Shown here: piece by piece, positions 9,866-20,638 of the stretch
How the letters are laid out: the number at the start of each line of letters is the position of its first letter
How positions within the stretch are numbered: position 1 is the first letter of the stretch
Source: Desulfovibrio sp.
GTDB taxonomy: Bacteria; Bacillota; Dethiobacteria; DTU022; UBA8154
Assembly (NCBI GenBank): GCA_020060185.1
Contig: JAGVAS010000056.1
Span: 3,734 to 67,733, forward strand
DNA: 64,000 bases
Direction: 5' to 3'
Position numbers and translations under genes: made by a program
Notes under the pieces: model-generated
Seen by the model: only the letters and a program-made list of their open reading frames with translations
Told to the model about the DNA's origin: nothing
The model's database searches: none

Positions 9866-11239
9866 CTAGCGATTTCTTATATAGACAACAGAACTCTCGT
9901 CCCTGTACGCTTCCTGCCAGAACCGTGATTCCCTTAAAGCAAGATCCTTCATTTGATTGACTCCCGTAAGAATCGTTTCTGCCCCGGTTTCGGCAATAAC
10001 CTCCCCGATGGGCTTTTCTGTTTGTCCCAAGTTTGCAAAACCATCCAGGATATCGTTATAAACGTCATTACGGCCATCTATATAGACAGGGACTCCCTTC
10101 CATATCAGGTAACCGCCCCAACCGTGGTCGTTGAACACTTTTTCATACCCCTGCGTGCTGATAAAATCAAGTGCCTCTACAGGATATCCTCCTTTTTTAG
10201 CTACGGCTTCCAAATTGGAGGGAAACCCTTTTACCCCCAGTACTACCGGCACGGCAATAAGTGAAATTATGGCAAGTCGTTTAATACTGCCCGCCCCCAG
10301 CTTAAAATTTAACAGCCCCATAAGCACCGCCGTGCTCAATACCGCGTAGGGTGAGTAAATCCGGGACATCAGTGCCAGGGCCCAGAATCCTGCGGCACGG
10401 GCAAACTCTAAATCTTTTTCCCTACCCTGCCGCACAGCCACAAAAAGGATTACGATAGAGATAAAAAACATTAAGGCCAGGATATTAAAGCCAAAAACAT
10501 ACGGCATCCAGCTGTAAATGCTTTCACGGTATCTGCTGGATAATAATCCTTCACCGACGGCATAAGCACAGAGGTTAAGGCCGTGGGGGTTAAGCAGGGT
10601 GGCAACTCCGGCCGAGACCGCCGCTGCCAGGCGCCAGCGTATAGTTTCCCACTTTTCCCTGTTAATAAGGAATTTCCAGGCGGTTTCTGCCAGCAGAAGC
10701 AAGGGAAACATTACGGCCGTGGAATGAATATTTCCCCAGAGAAGTGCCAGCCCTGCCGCAAACAGGGTTTCTCTCCAGCCCCACTTGTTGCGCAGGGAAA
10801 AAAAGAGATAGACGGAAAACAATGCGTAAACCCCTGCCTGCGGCCAGGGTTTCAGCCATCCCATGAGCAGTAAAGGAGCGAGCGCCCCAGCAGCAGAAGC
10901 GATCTGCTCCGAAACACCCCTCGCTTTTAGGCCGCTGCGGATCAGTACCCCCGCCATCAGTACCATGAGAAACGCCAGCAGCCAAAGCCCTAGAATTCCC
11001 GTTCTCCGGTGGATAACATACATTAAGGCTTCCCAGAGCCACTGGTGTGCTGTCCAGGGTTGTCCAAAAACACTCCAGGAATAAACATCTGTCCTGGGAA
11101 CGGCAAGATGGGAAACGATCCACTCCCCTACCTTCAGGTGCCAGAAAACGTCGGGGTCAGCCATCCACAGAGATCCCGCCATAACAATTAAAGAGCACCC
11201 GAGGATGTACAGTATTCCCCATTTCTTCCCGGTTAGCAA
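9866..11239 (-). CDS. Multi-pass membrane protein, putative GT-C-type glycosyltransferase
   Basis: About 10 hydrophobic segments; first-loop DPDVFWHLKVG...HQWLWE and C-terminal FNDHGWGGYL..VYIDGRNDVY motifs; function inferred. Confidence 0.5.
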   Translation of the reverse strand: MLTGKKWGILYILGCSLIVMAGSLWMADPDVFWHLKVGEWIVSHLAVPRTDVYSWSVFGQPWTAHQWLWEALMYVIHRRTGILGLWLLAFLMVLMAGVLIRSGLKARGVSEQIASAAGALAPLLLMGWLKPWPQAGVYALFSVYLFFSLRNKWGWRETLFAAGLALLWGNIHSTAVMFPLLLLAETAWKFLINREKWETIRWRLAAAVSAGVATLLNPHGLNLCAYAVGEGLLSSRYRESIYSWMPYVFGFNILALMFFISIVILFVAVRQGREKDLEFARAAGFWALALMSRIYSPYAVLSTAVLMGLLNFKLGAGSIKRLAIISLIAVPVVLGVKGFPSNLEAVAKKGGYPVEALDFISTQGYEKVFNDHGWGGYLIWKGVPVYIDGRNDVYNDILDGFANLGQTEKPIGEVIAETGAETILTGVNQMKDLALRESRFWQEAYRDESSVVYIRNR

Positions 11240-11314
11240 GTCTAGCTGCCTCCATTAAAAATATTTATTGGGGTAAAAATAATCACCAAAACTTTTGAAG
11301 ACGTGCCAAGGGAA

Positions 11315-11674
11315 TTATATTTCCTCCAGCTTTACTTCGTCTCCGCTTACGGTTTCCGTTTTGCTGAAAGTGCCCGCCGGCGCCTCAATAACGAAACTGC
11401 CCTTTTTCACAGCAGGACTGAATTTAAAAGCAGGCATTCTCTCAATCAAGTAACAAATTCGATTGTGCTTGTCCACAAAGGCCACATCGATGGGAAAAGA
11501 CATGCCCACGGTGTGCACCGCCTGGCACGGTTTTATAACTATTCCCTTTCCGGGAGGGAGGCCACTGCGCCCCAAAAGCCCCTTCAAGCGCAGGTAAAAA
11601 TTGTCCGCCACTTCCGCCTCATCCAAAATGATATTACCTTTAGAAAGGTTTGTAACTCTTACTTTTTTCATCAC
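11315..11674 (-). CDS. DUF192 family protein
   Basis: ADNFYLRLKGLLGR...VHTVGMSFPIDVAFVD...VIEAPAG. Confidence 0.85.
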   Translation of the reverse strand: MMKKVRVTNLSKGNIILDEAEVADNFYLRLKGLLGRSGLPPGKGIVIKPCQAVHTVGMSFPIDVAFVDKHNRICYLIERMPAFKFSPAVKKGSFVIEAPAGTFSKTETVSGDEVKLEEI

Positions 11675-14226
11675 GATTTACCTTCCAGTATATTCACTCC
11701 TTCGATATTGTCCTGCAAACGACTGGCTTTGGGATTAATGTACTGGAAACCAAACTCTCCTGATTCAAATTTGTCGGAGTCAAAAAGTTCTTTCCTGGTA
11801 TAAACGCCCCCCTCGAACTCAAAAATCCCGGGCTGGGTGCACTGCAAGAACGTCTTTACGGGCAGATTTCTTTTTATTAACGCCTTCCAACCCTGAATGA
11901 AAAAGGGATAGGGGTCCTCGAGGACTGTCCTGATGATAATATCGTAAACAAATTCACTTCCTTTAAGAATAAAGTCCGCTTTTTCATTGCCTGGGTCAAG
12001 GGAAACTGTAACTATCTCCTTGTTGAAATTACCCAGTTTTAGCTTCTGGGGCAATGCCTCTTCAGTGTCGCTGCTTCCCGTTCTCCAGTACAAAAGGTAG
12101 CCTCCAACTTTTTTTTGCGGCAGTACCAGAAAACGGTAAAGCAGCAGCCCTCCGGCATAGATAAATATCCCTGCCAATATGATTATTAAGGCAATAAGAA
12201 AAACAGAAGAGATAAGTTCTGCAAAATTCCTTAAAAAGGCTTTCCCCGGGGTTACAATTTCGATGGCAATCTCCAGCCTGGAGGGTATCACGGTAGTAAG
12301 GTCGTTTTCGGCATTAAAAACCACCGGGAGAGAATATTTCCCTTTATTCAGGCTTCTATGAAGGTTAACATCCAGGTTTATAGCTTTCTCCTCCCCGGGT
12401 TCAAGGACAAGCCTGGACTGGAGAAAGCTGCCTAGGCTTTGCAGCTGCTCCATAACCAGGGTTTCTTTAAAAGCAGATTCATTTTTAATGTTTACGGGAA
12501 AGGATAAACTTTTTCCCGCCAGGGACCAGTAGCTCTGCCGGGGGAGATTAATTTGCACTGTTCCGGGAGGATGGACAGCAATATCACCTATGTTTTTTTC
12601 CAGGAAAAAATCTCTTCCCGTGTATTCACCTACAGCCAGCAGGTAAGCTTTAGCTATACCCTGCCGTTCAAAAGTAAAACGATTCGACCAGATGCCATCG
12701 GCTGCTTTGATATCTCCGTATTGCTGGTTGCCGTTGTCATAAAGGGGTAAAGTAACTTTAGTACCGTTTTCGTAAGTTAAAATCAGGTTAAAGTTTTCAA
12801 CCTTAAGCTCACGGCCCTCCAGCAGGCGCTTTCCTCCTAGATTAAGAGAGGCCGTCACGACAAGCTCCTCTCCCATCCGGTATCCTTCTTCTGCCCAGAA
12901 ATCGGTCGTCAACACCGGCAGCATTTTTACGTACACTTTGGAAAAAGAGGTGTTTACCACTTCATCCTCAAGTAAAAGGCGCAGCAGTAATTCATAGGTG
13001 CCCGTTTTATCAACCGGTTCATAACTGCCGGTAAAATACCCGCCTTCTGCAGTAAGCGGTACAACCACAGGTTGTTCCAGTCCCGATTTCTTAAGCTGAA
13101 CTTCCGCTTTTAAAGACGTATCCTGCAGATGCTCCCCTCCGGTAACCTTTACTTTAAAACGAAAAGGTTCGTTTAGGGGGTGCTGGGAAGAAGGTGCTGG
13201 TTCTTCCAGCCAGGCCTTGATAAAGAGGTCCATATCCCCCAGGACCCTTACCGATCCGCGGCCGGAAACGGTAGCCTGCCATTTTCCCCGGTAAGCTTCT
13301 CCCGGCTGGTGAAGGATAATCATGCTGTAATTCTGCTGTTTGTTTACTGTTAAACCTTCAACCGGCCCTGTATCCCCCTGGAGGGGAACGAGGGACATCT
13401 CGCAATCTCCGGCGGAAAGGTTTACCGCTACGAGGTTGACCTGGCGGGTATATTCATCGACCCAAAACTCAAAGGTCCTTGGTGCTCCCGTTTGGAGGGA
13501 ATAGGTATCCTCCAGTAACCCTTTTCTGTTTTTCAGGTTTCCCAGCAGTTCAAAAAAACTTACTAGCAGTTCTCCCGGTTCATTTAGAATGTAATATTCT
13601 CCTTTGGTATCGAGCGAGATCCTGCTGATAACCTCGGGGTCTATCTCACTGCTGAAGCCCACCGTGTAGATGGGATAACCCTCCAGGGCGAAATGTCCAA
13701 CCACATCCCACAGGGATTCCATATAAGAGGTCATAAAGGCGGCATCACGGCTCCGCCTGGGGTTGGGATCCGGTTCTCCGTCTGTGAGGAATACCACGAC
13801 AGGACGCGCACCCTCGATACCTGCATCCTGTAATTGGCCAAAGGCGGTTTCCAAGGCAACCTTAAAATCAGTATTGCCCCGGGGCTGCAATTTGGGGGAA
13901 AGCGTCTCCTTAAAAATTTCCTTTGTCGAGGAGCTTGTGACCTGCTGTAAAGGAACCACCACTTCAGCATCCTGGTCAAAAGTAATAATGCCCAGGTAAT
14001 CGTCTGGGCTTAACAGATCTATAAATATACGGGCCGCGGTTTCCCTTAACCTTTGGGGATCGGTATAGCGCATACTGCCCGAAGTATCAATTACCAGGAT
14101 GATAGCCAGGGTTTCCTGGCTAAGAGCTTCCTGTGCCTGAAGAGTATATTTCCCCCCGAAAGTAATTAACTGGAATAATATCGTTAAAAGTAGAAGTATC
14201 AGGCTGTAGCTCTTTTTTAACACCAT
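11671..14226 (-). CDS. Membrane-anchored vWA-domain protein with Ig-like/choice-of-anchor-X-like region
   Basis: Signal peptide, MIDAS DTSGSM..T..LTDG, LYDNG..GDIKAADGIWS, TM helix near residue 680 and a cytoplasmic tail. Confidence 0.8.
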   Translation of the reverse strand: MVLKKSYSLILLLLTILFQLITFGGKYTLQAQEALSQETLAIILVIDTSGSMRYTDPQRLRETAARIFIDLLSPDDYLGIITFDQDAEVVVPLQQVTSSSTKEIFKETLSPKLQPRGNTDFKVALETAFGQLQDAGIEGARPVVVFLTDGEPDPNPRRSRDAAFMTSYMESLWDVVGHFALEGYPIYTVGFSSEIDPEVISRISLDTKGEYYILNEPGELLVSFFELLGNLKNRKGLLEDTYSLQTGAPRTFEFWVDEYTRQVNLVAVNLSAGDCEMSLVPLQGDTGPVEGLTVNKQQNYSMIILHQPGEAYRGKWQATVSGRGSVRVLGDMDLFIKAWLEEPAPSSQHPLNEPFRFKVKVTGGEHLQDTSLKAEVQLKKSGLEQPVVVPLTAEGGYFTGSYEPVDKTGTYELLLRLLLEDEVVNTSFSKVYVKMLPVLTTDFWAEEGYRMGEELVVTASLNLGGKRLLEGRELKVENFNLILTYENGTKVTLPLYDNGNQQYGDIKAADGIWSNRFTFERQGIAKAYLLAVGEYTGRDFFLEKNIGDIAVHPPGTVQINLPRQSYWSLAGKSLSFPVNIKNESAFKETLVMEQLQSLGSFLQSRLVLEPGEEKAINLDVNLHRSLNKGKYSLPVVFNAENDLTTVIPSRLEIAIEIVTPGKAFLRNFAELISSVFLIALIIILAGIFIYAGGLLLYRFLVLPQKKVGGYLLYWRTGSSDTEEALPQKLKLGNFNKEIVTVSLDPGNEKADFILKGSEFVYDIIIRTVLEDPYPFFIQGWKALIKRNLPVKTFLQCTQPGIFEFEGGVYTRKELFDSDKFESGEFGFQYINPKASRLQDNIEGVNILEGKS

Positions 14227-14237
14227 AATACTCCTCC

Positions 14238-15167
14238 TTATAACATGTTCCCAAATGCCTGCATAATCCTAATAAAAGCCGGGCCCAAAAGAACCACGAA
14301 CAGTGCCGGGAAGATAAAAAAAACAAGGGGGAAAAGCATTTTAATAGGAGCCTTCATGGCGGCCTCTTCTGCCCGCTGACGGCGTTTCTGCCTCATCGTC
14401 CCCGCCTGAATACGCAGGGTGCTGGCGATATTGCTTCCCAGTTGTTCCGACTGGATGATGGCGCTGACAAAGGTGCTTAAATCCGTCACTCCGGTACGCC
14501 TGACTATCCCCCGCAGGGCCTCTTCACGTGTTTTACCCATGCGCATTTCATCTAAAGCCCGGGAAATCTCTTTGTTGAGGGCACCGGATGACTGCTCCAC
14601 CACCCGTTTCAAGGACATGTCAAAACTTAACCCCGCCTCCACGCTTACCAACAGCAGATCCAGGATATCCGGCAGGGCTTTCTGGATCTGCTTCTGGCGC
14701 TTCAAAGCCCGTGAATTAACCATATTTAAAGGTACCATTGCTCCAACGATAACACCCATGATAACAAGGAAAAATGCCCTTGAACCTTCTGTATGGGTAA
14801 GCCAGACCATACCCAGGGCTAAAAAGCCGAAGAGCGCTCCCATTAAAACTTGTAAAGATATGAAGCTATTAAAATTCATATTCCAGGGATTACCCGCATA
14901 GACTATCTTTTTTTCGATATTATTTCGTATTTCCCTGGGTGTTAAATTTCCCAGGGTATTCCCAATATTGCGGTAGGCAGGTTTAATCAGCCTGTCTAAA
15001 AAGGATTTCCTAAGCTCATCATCTTCTTCGGTTGTTCCTTCAATTTTTTTTATTTCAGAAAGCCTTTCCGCTACCAGGTGTTTGTGGGCAAATGTTGCTT
15101 CATAGGTGGCAATCACCAGCAGTACAATGGTAACAAAAACCATGATGTTTATTATAAGCCCGGGCAT
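14238..15167 (-). CDS. tadC: Tad pilus assembly protein TadC (T2SSF family)
   Basis: LPDILDLLLVSVEAGLSF, QSEQLGSNI, AMKAPIKMLFPLVFFIFP. Confidence 0.92.
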   Translation of the reverse strand: MPGLIINIMVFVTIVLLVIATYEATFAHKHLVAERLSEIKKIEGTTEEDDELRKSFLDRLIKPAYRNIGNTLGNLTPREIRNNIEKKIVYAGNPWNMNFNSFISLQVLMGALFGFLALGMVWLTHTEGSRAFFLVIMGVIVGAMVPLNMVNSRALKRQKQIQKALPDILDLLLVSVEAGLSFDMSLKRVVEQSSGALNKEISRALDEMRMGKTREEALRGIVRRTGVTDLSTFVSAIIQSEQLGSNIASTLRIQAGTMRQKRRQRAEEAAMKAPIKMLFPLVFFIFPALFVVLLGPAFIRIMQAFGNML

Positions 15168-15184
15168 ATTCCCACCTCTTTAAA

Positions 15185-16159
15185 TTATACCTCTATATTG
15201 ATGATCTTTTGAATAATGATTATACCTAGAAATTGCATAATTATAGCCAGGACCAGCATTATAATCCCCAGTGTATCCTGGACAAGGGTTAACATGTACT
15301 CCGGGTTCATAACCATCAAAAAGCCAGCTACGGCTATTGGCAGAAGGATAATAATGACTGCTGATAGCCTCCCCTGTGCTGTCAGTGTTTTAATCTCCCC
15401 TTTGATTCTCACCCTTTCCCGGACAGTGTGAGAAATATTATCTAGAATCTCGGCCAGATTGCCGCCCACCTGCTTTTGGATAAGCAATGCCGTGATAAAC
15501 AGGTTGAGGTCATCACTGTCGGTTCTTTCTTTAAGGTTCTGCAGTACTTCCTCCAGAGGTTTTCCCATGCGGTTCTCCCAGATCACCCGGGCAAATTCCT
15601 CTCCGATAGGCAGTCCCATTTCCCTGCTCACCACAGACATGGCCTGGGGAAAACTGTAACCGGCCCTGAGGCCGCTGGAGACAATTTGCAGCGCTTCGGG
15701 AAGCTGCTGTGTTAGGGTGTTTAACCTTTTTGCTTTTTTAAGATTTACGAACAGACCGGGAATTTTAAAGCCTACTATCCCTACCAGTAAAGCTATAAGC
15801 AGGTTTGCCGTCATTAAATAGGTTACACAAAACAAACCTGCACCACAGAAAATTGTCAACCCGATAAATTCTTCAGCGCGCATTAGAATATGGGCACGGA
15901 GAAGCTTCTGTTGGATAGCTTTTAGGTTGGAACGGCGTGAAAGCATTGCTCCCAGCATCCCCGAAAAGTGTAAAAACTCCCCCCCGAAGCCCTTCGCCCT
16001 GGCCGCATCAAACTGCTGCTGCAAGGCGCCGGGACCCATGGTGTGAATTTTTAACCTCTCCATTACGGCCAGGCGGGAAGCAAAAAGGAAATGGTATATG
16101 ACTATTGTAGAAAAAAGTATAGTGAGAAAGGCACCGCCTAAAACAATATAATAAAACAT
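15185..16159 (-). CDS. tadB: Tad pilus assembly protein TadB
   Basis: QLPEALQIVSSGLRAGYS, IQKQVGGNLAEIL, LTAQGRLS. Confidence 0.92.
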   Translation of the reverse strand: MFYYIVLGGAFLTILFSTIVIYHFLFASRLAVMERLKIHTMGPGALQQQFDAARAKGFGGEFLHFSGMLGAMLSRRSNLKAIQQKLLRAHILMRAEEFIGLTIFCGAGLFCVTYLMTANLLIALLVGIVGFKIPGLFVNLKKAKRLNTLTQQLPEALQIVSSGLRAGYSFPQAMSVVSREMGLPIGEEFARVIWENRMGKPLEEVLQNLKERTDSDDLNLFITALLIQKQVGGNLAEILDNISHTVRERVRIKGEIKTLTAQGRLSAVIIILLPIAVAGFLMVMNPEYMLTLVQDTLGIIMLVLAIIMQFLGIIIIQKIINIEV

Positions 16160-16182
16160 TTAAGGCCTCCAATAGGTCGTTT

Positions 16183-17532
16183 CTAAGTTATTTGTTTAAA
16201 AACATCCATGGTAATGTTTTCCCCAAAAGCCTTCAGTTTGTCCATGCATTTGGGAACTATACCGGTGGGCATATTTTTTCCGATAACCTGGCCTTTTTCG
16301 TTAAGCCCGGTTTGTTTAAAAACAAAGATATCCTGCAAGGTAACAGTGTCCCCCTCCATCCCCACCACTTCCGTTATCTTGACAATTTTGCGGCTGCCGT
16401 CGTTGAAACGGGCCTGGTGAATAATCAGGTCAACAGCGGATGCTATTTGCTCACGGATGGCCCGCAGTGGCAAGTCCATGCCTGCCATCAATACCATGGT
16501 TTCAAGCCGGGCCAGGGCATCCCTGGGATTATTGGCGTGCAAAGTAGAAATAGAACCGTCATGGCCGGTATTCATGGCCTGCAGCATATCAAGGGCCTCC
16601 CCCCCCCTGACTTCTCCAACCACGATACGATCCGGGCGCATCCGCAGGGAGTTGATAACCAGATTACGGATCGTAACTTGTCCCTTACCTTCAATATCGG
16701 GAGGCCGGCTTTCCAGAGTTACAACGTGCTCCTGCCTGAGCTGCAACTCCGCAGCATCTTCAATGGTAATAATCCTGTCCTTCTCCGGAATAAAGCTGGA
16801 AAGCACATTTAAGGTGGTGGTTTTACCGCTGCCTGTTCCGCCGGAAACTAGAATATTTATGCGTGCCCGCACGCAAGCCTTCATAAACCTGGCCATTTCC
16901 CGGGTCATTGTTCCAAAAGAGATTAAATCCTCGGCAGTAAAGGGATCGGTAGCAAATTTACGGATAGTTAGTGTAGGCCCCTTGATAGCCAGCGGAGGTA
17001 TGATGGCATTTACACGGGAGCCGTCCGGCAAACGCGCATCCACCATGGGGGAGCTCTCGTCAATCCTTCTTCCCAACGGGGTAATAATTTTATCTATGGT
17101 ATGAATAACATGGGCGTTATCACGGAAGGTTATATCTGTTTTCATGATCTTCCCATCACGTTCCACATACACGTGCTGACTGCCGTTAACCATGATTTCG
17201 GAAACGGATGGATCGTGAATAAGAGAGTTGATGGGGCCATAACCAAAAATTTCGTCAGAGACGTATTTAACAATTTTCTGCTTATCAGCCTGTGAAAGAT
17301 GCCGCCCAAACTCTTCCAATATCACGTCCACGGTATCATTGATTTGCTCCAGAAACTGTTTCTTTTGAAAAGTATCCATTTTTTCCAGGACGAGGGTATC
17401 ATCCATAGTATCAATAACCTGCCGCAATGTTTCCGTAACGACATCTTCAAGTTCTTTTTTCTTATTTAACGCCGGTTCCCTTAGATCGGGTTTTGTACCG
17501 TTATTTCGAAAAGACTGTTTAGGGGACATCAT
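16183..17532 (-). CDS. cpaF: Tad pilus ATPase CpaF/TadA
   Basis: DARLPDGSRVNA, SGGTGSGKTT, LRMRPDRIVVGEVRG, AMNTGHDGS. Confidence 0.95.
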   Translation of the reverse strand: MMSPKQSFRNNGTKPDLREPALNKKKELEDVVTETLRQVIDTMDDTLVLEKMDTFQKKQFLEQINDTVDVILEEFGRHLSQADKQKIVKYVSDEIFGYGPINSLIHDPSVSEIMVNGSQHVYVERDGKIMKTDITFRDNAHVIHTIDKIITPLGRRIDESSPMVDARLPDGSRVNAIIPPLAIKGPTLTIRKFATDPFTAEDLISFGTMTREMARFMKACVRARINILVSGGTGSGKTTTLNVLSSFIPEKDRIITIEDAAELQLRQEHVVTLESRPPDIEGKGQVTIRNLVINSLRMRPDRIVVGEVRGGEALDMLQAMNTGHDGSISTLHANNPRDALARLETMVLMAGMDLPLRAIREQIASAVDLIIHQARFNDGSRKIVKITEVVGMEGDTVTLQDIFVFKQTGLNEKGQVIGKNMPTGIVPKCMDKLKAFGENITMDVFKQIT

Positions 17533-17546
17533 TTTACCTCGCCTTT

Positions 17547-18752
17547 CTATTCCACAGCTTCAACAGCGTTTTCACTTTTTTCTATCACTTTTTCCTGGCT
17601 GCTTCCTGAAATTTTACGTGTCAAATCCAGAAAACTGCGGCTTATCTTTGCCCGGGGATAAAGAAGCACTACAGGTATCCCTTTATTCAATGAAGAGGAC
17701 ACCAGCTTGTGTTCTTCCGGTATAATCGCATAAAGATTATAATTTAAAGTCGTTTCTACATCCCTGGTTTTAATATCACTACGGGATTCTGCCCTGTTAA
17801 GCAGCAACTTTATCTTTTGCCTGGGATAATTTAAGGAATTCAGAGATACCATACAGGCTTTGATATTTCGAATAGCAGCCACATCCTGGGTGGTTACCAG
17901 CAAGAGCAAATCAGCTTCCTGGAAAGCAGAGTCAATGGCTTCATAAAATCTTGCCGGCATATCGACAACTACATAATCAAAAAAACTCTGCAGAACCTTG
18001 ATAATGATCTCGATATGCTCCGCATTGATAAATTCGGCCATCTGCGGCTGAGCGTTTGCAGCCAGGACCTTAATCCCGGAGCGGTGCGGGATCAGGTAGC
18101 TTTCCATTAAATCATGGTCCAGGTTGCGTATATCATTGACAACATCCGTAATGGTATAGCGGGGAATTATATTTAAAGCGAGTGCAGCATTACCAAAATC
18201 CAAATCCAGGTCGACAAGAACAACCTTCTCCCTGGTATGCTGTGCCAGGGAAACCGCCAGGTTAGTGGCAATAAAGGTCCTGCCCACCCCACCTTTTGTA
18301 CTAAAGACAGTAATAACCTGGCCCTTCTGGGACTTTTTCTTCAGGACAGAAGTTTTATCCCGGTGGATAACCTGCTTTTTTCTTTCCAGCTGGTAAGTAC
18401 GGTAGATGGAATCTACCAGTTTGGACGGAGAAAAGGGGTAAATCAGCATATCTTTGGCACCGGCAAAGATAGCTTTGCGCATCGTTTCTTCCCGTAAATC
18501 TTCTTCGATCATAATTATGGAGACCCAGGGGGAAGATCCGGTCACCTTTTCAGCCAGCTTGTAACCGTCTCCCGGAACATAGGCTCCAATAAGCATTACA
18601 TCCGGGATAGCCCTGTCCAGCATTTCCAGCGCTTCTTCCGCCGACCCCGCTTCTCCCGTCAAAGTAATATATTCTACATTGGAGAGGATATTAAGAACAG
18701 TTGACCTCTTTTCAGGATCATCTTCTACTATCAGAACCTTTATGTGTTCCAC
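17547..18752 (-). CDS. cpaE: CpaE/TadZ (receiver-like domain plus MinD-like ATPase)
   Basis: N-terminal REC-like fold, STKGGVGRT deviant Walker A, LVDLDLDFG. Confidence 0.9.
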   Translation of the reverse strand: MEHIKVLIVEDDPEKRSTVLNILSNVEYITLTGEAGSAEEALEMLDRAIPDVMLIGAYVPGDGYKLAEKVTGSSPWVSIIMIEEDLREETMRKAIFAGAKDMLIYPFSPSKLVDSIYRTYQLERKKQVIHRDKTSVLKKKSQKGQVITVFSTKGGVGRTFIATNLAVSLAQHTREKVVLVDLDLDFGNAALALNIIPRYTITDVVNDIRNLDHDLMESYLIPHRSGIKVLAANAQPQMAEFINAEHIEIIIKVLQSFFDYVVVDMPARFYEAIDSAFQEADLLLLVTTQDVAAIRNIKACMVSLNSLNYPRQKIKLLLNRAESRSDIKTRDVETTLNYNLYAIIPEEHKLVSSSLNKGIPVVLLYPRAKISRSFLDLTRKISGSSQEKVIEKSENAVEAVE

Positions 18753-18756
18753 ATTT

Positions 18757-19482
18757 TCACCTCTCCCTGAAAGTTTCGAAGTTATCGGAGTTATAGTAAT
18801 CTAATTCAACTATTTCCTCATCCATAGGGGAGCGTAAGGTTAAATGAAAGGTACCCTTCAGATTTGCATACGCCAGTACTTCAGCCTGGGCCGGATTAAC
18901 ACCCAGTGTAACTGTACTTACAAGATGCCTTTCTTCATTATCTTGTTCTCTTGTAAACTCCCCGGTAGCCAGTACGAGTGCATTTTGAACTACTGTATAA
19001 ACAGTCATTACATCATTAATATCCGGATCGTTATAGGCAACCAGCACATCCACTTTATCACCAGGGGAAACATAACCGGAAACCCCGGGCACTTCACTTA
19101 CAGGGATAGAAATAGCCCGCAGCTTTTCCGGTACCCTGTAAGAAAGGCTGGCCCGTCTTTCTTCCGTAGCAACCCTGCTGGCTAGAACCTGCTCTCCTTT
19201 AACGATATCCGACCTGGAAATACCTCCCACTGCATCAGCCGCATTCCTTAAAGCTTCAGGATGTACAGCCTCCGAAGGAATAGATTCCGTAGTGAGCATC
19301 TCCGCTGTAATTCTGGTATGTCGAGGTATGGTGATTTTAGCTGTAATTACCTTAGTCTGGGAAACAGGAGTCAAAGTAAGTGTGTCGGGAGAAGATAAAT
19401 TCTTAATATATGAATTTAAGGCAATAACGGTTATAAGTCCCAAAAATACTGCTACTATTAAAAGACGTTTGTTGACTTTCAA
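18757..19482 (-). CDS. cpaB: Flp pilus assembly protein CpaB/RcpC
   Basis: N-terminal TM, SAF region, RAISIPV..GVSGYVSPGDKVDVL, VTLGVNPAQAE. Confidence 0.92.
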   Translation of the reverse strand: MKVNKRLLIVAVFLGLITVIALNSYIKNLSSPDTLTLTPVSQTKVITAKITIPRHTRITAEMLTTESIPSEAVHPEALRNAADAVGGISRSDIVKGEQVLASRVATEERRASLSYRVPEKLRAISIPVSEVPGVSGYVSPGDKVDVLVAYNDPDINDVMTVYTVVQNALVLATGEFTREQDNEERHLVSTVTLGVNPAQAEVLAYANLKGTFHLTLRSPMDEEIVELDYYNSDNFETFRER

Positions 19483-19512
19483 TGATTAGTTACTCCTTTC
19501 AAATACATTACT

Positions 19513-20616
19513 TTATTTAATTAAGTGCACTCTCACAGCCCCCGAATTTATAATTCTGGGACAACCATATATAACTTCGATGATATCTCCTGATAGCACA
19601 TGTTGATTTCCTATTTCCTCATAATGGAGATTTTCTGCATATGCAAAAATATATTGACCATTTGAAATTACTTCTCTTCCAGAAAAAGTCTCCACAATAG
19701 ATGGCAGAACCAAAAGAATCCAACCTTTGTAACCCTGTCTTTCCAACCGTATTCCAAGCGGGGAGTTAGCATAATTTGGTGTTACAATAGCTGCAACCTG
19801 GCCGGGATCATTTTTTAGAACCCCGATGGAGCTGTATATAGGATTTTCGATGCCATTTAATAGCACTTGTGAGATATTACTTGCCGAACCGAAATCAGTT
19901 AGATCCAGCAACCCCCAGTTTCCGGATAAGTCAGATCTCCTCCATAAAGAAAAGTTGATTTTATCTTCTTTTTCAATAAGGCAGTCAAGGATATAATAAA
20001 AATGTTCTAATTCGTTCTTCCAATTCAAATCTTTAAAAACTCCATTATTTTTTACATTTATGCGAATGGCTGTTCCAGTACTCCCTGCATCTAACATTAA
20101 TTCAGTACTATCTTCGTGAGTATAAAAAATTTCTCCTACAGTACCACCATTTTTCATGTCCTCTATTTTATTCTCTATGTCCTGGTAGTTAAGAACATGA
20201 AAAGGCAATAAATCCTGTCCCACTATATCTGCTGATGCAGTTGCTTCAGCACTTACAATATAATCATCATTTGCAAACATTTTTCCAAGTAACCGGGGAT
20301 AATTGTCCCTTATTAATACCTTAACTTCCCGGTTATTATTTTGCTTGGTTGCAATTACTATCCCATCTGAAATATTGTGTTTATTTGCATAGGATAATGC
20401 AATTGCCTGAACATCACCGGCTGGCAACTCAAAAGCAGCTGCCAGCGCAGCAGCATCAGCTGCATTTTGTAAATTCCTTCTTTGAAAATAAAGATAGCCA
20501 ACATCTATAACCAGCGCTGTTAACCCAAGTAAAACAACCATAGAGGCTGCAACAATAATCAAGGCTGCACCTTTTTGATCATTTAAAAGTTTAAATATTT
20601 TTTTCACCATACTCAC
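19513..20616 (-). CDS. TadG-like pseudopilin (Tad domain)
   Basis: DQKGAALIIVA...VIDVGYLY..RRNLQNAADAAALAAA. Confidence 0.85.
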   Translation of the reverse strand: MSMVKKIFKLLNDQKGAALIIVAASMVVLLGLTALVIDVGYLYFQRRNLQNAADAAALAAAFELPAGDVQAIALSYANKHNISDGIVIATKQNNNREVKVLIRDNYPRLLGKMFANDDYIVSAEATASADIVGQDLLPFHVLNYQDIENKIEDMKNGGTVGEIFYTHEDSTELMLDAGSTGTAIRINVKNNGVFKDLNWKNELEHFYYILDCLIEKEDKINFSLWRRSDLSGNWGLLDLTDFGSASNISQVLLNGIENPIYSSIGVLKNDPGQVAAIVTPNYANSPLGIRLERQGYKGWILLVLPSIVETFSGREVISNGQYIFAYAENLHYEEIGNQHVLSGDIIEVIYGCPRIINSGAVRVHLIK

Positions 20617-20638
20617 TTCCTAAAGGAAATACCTTAAA

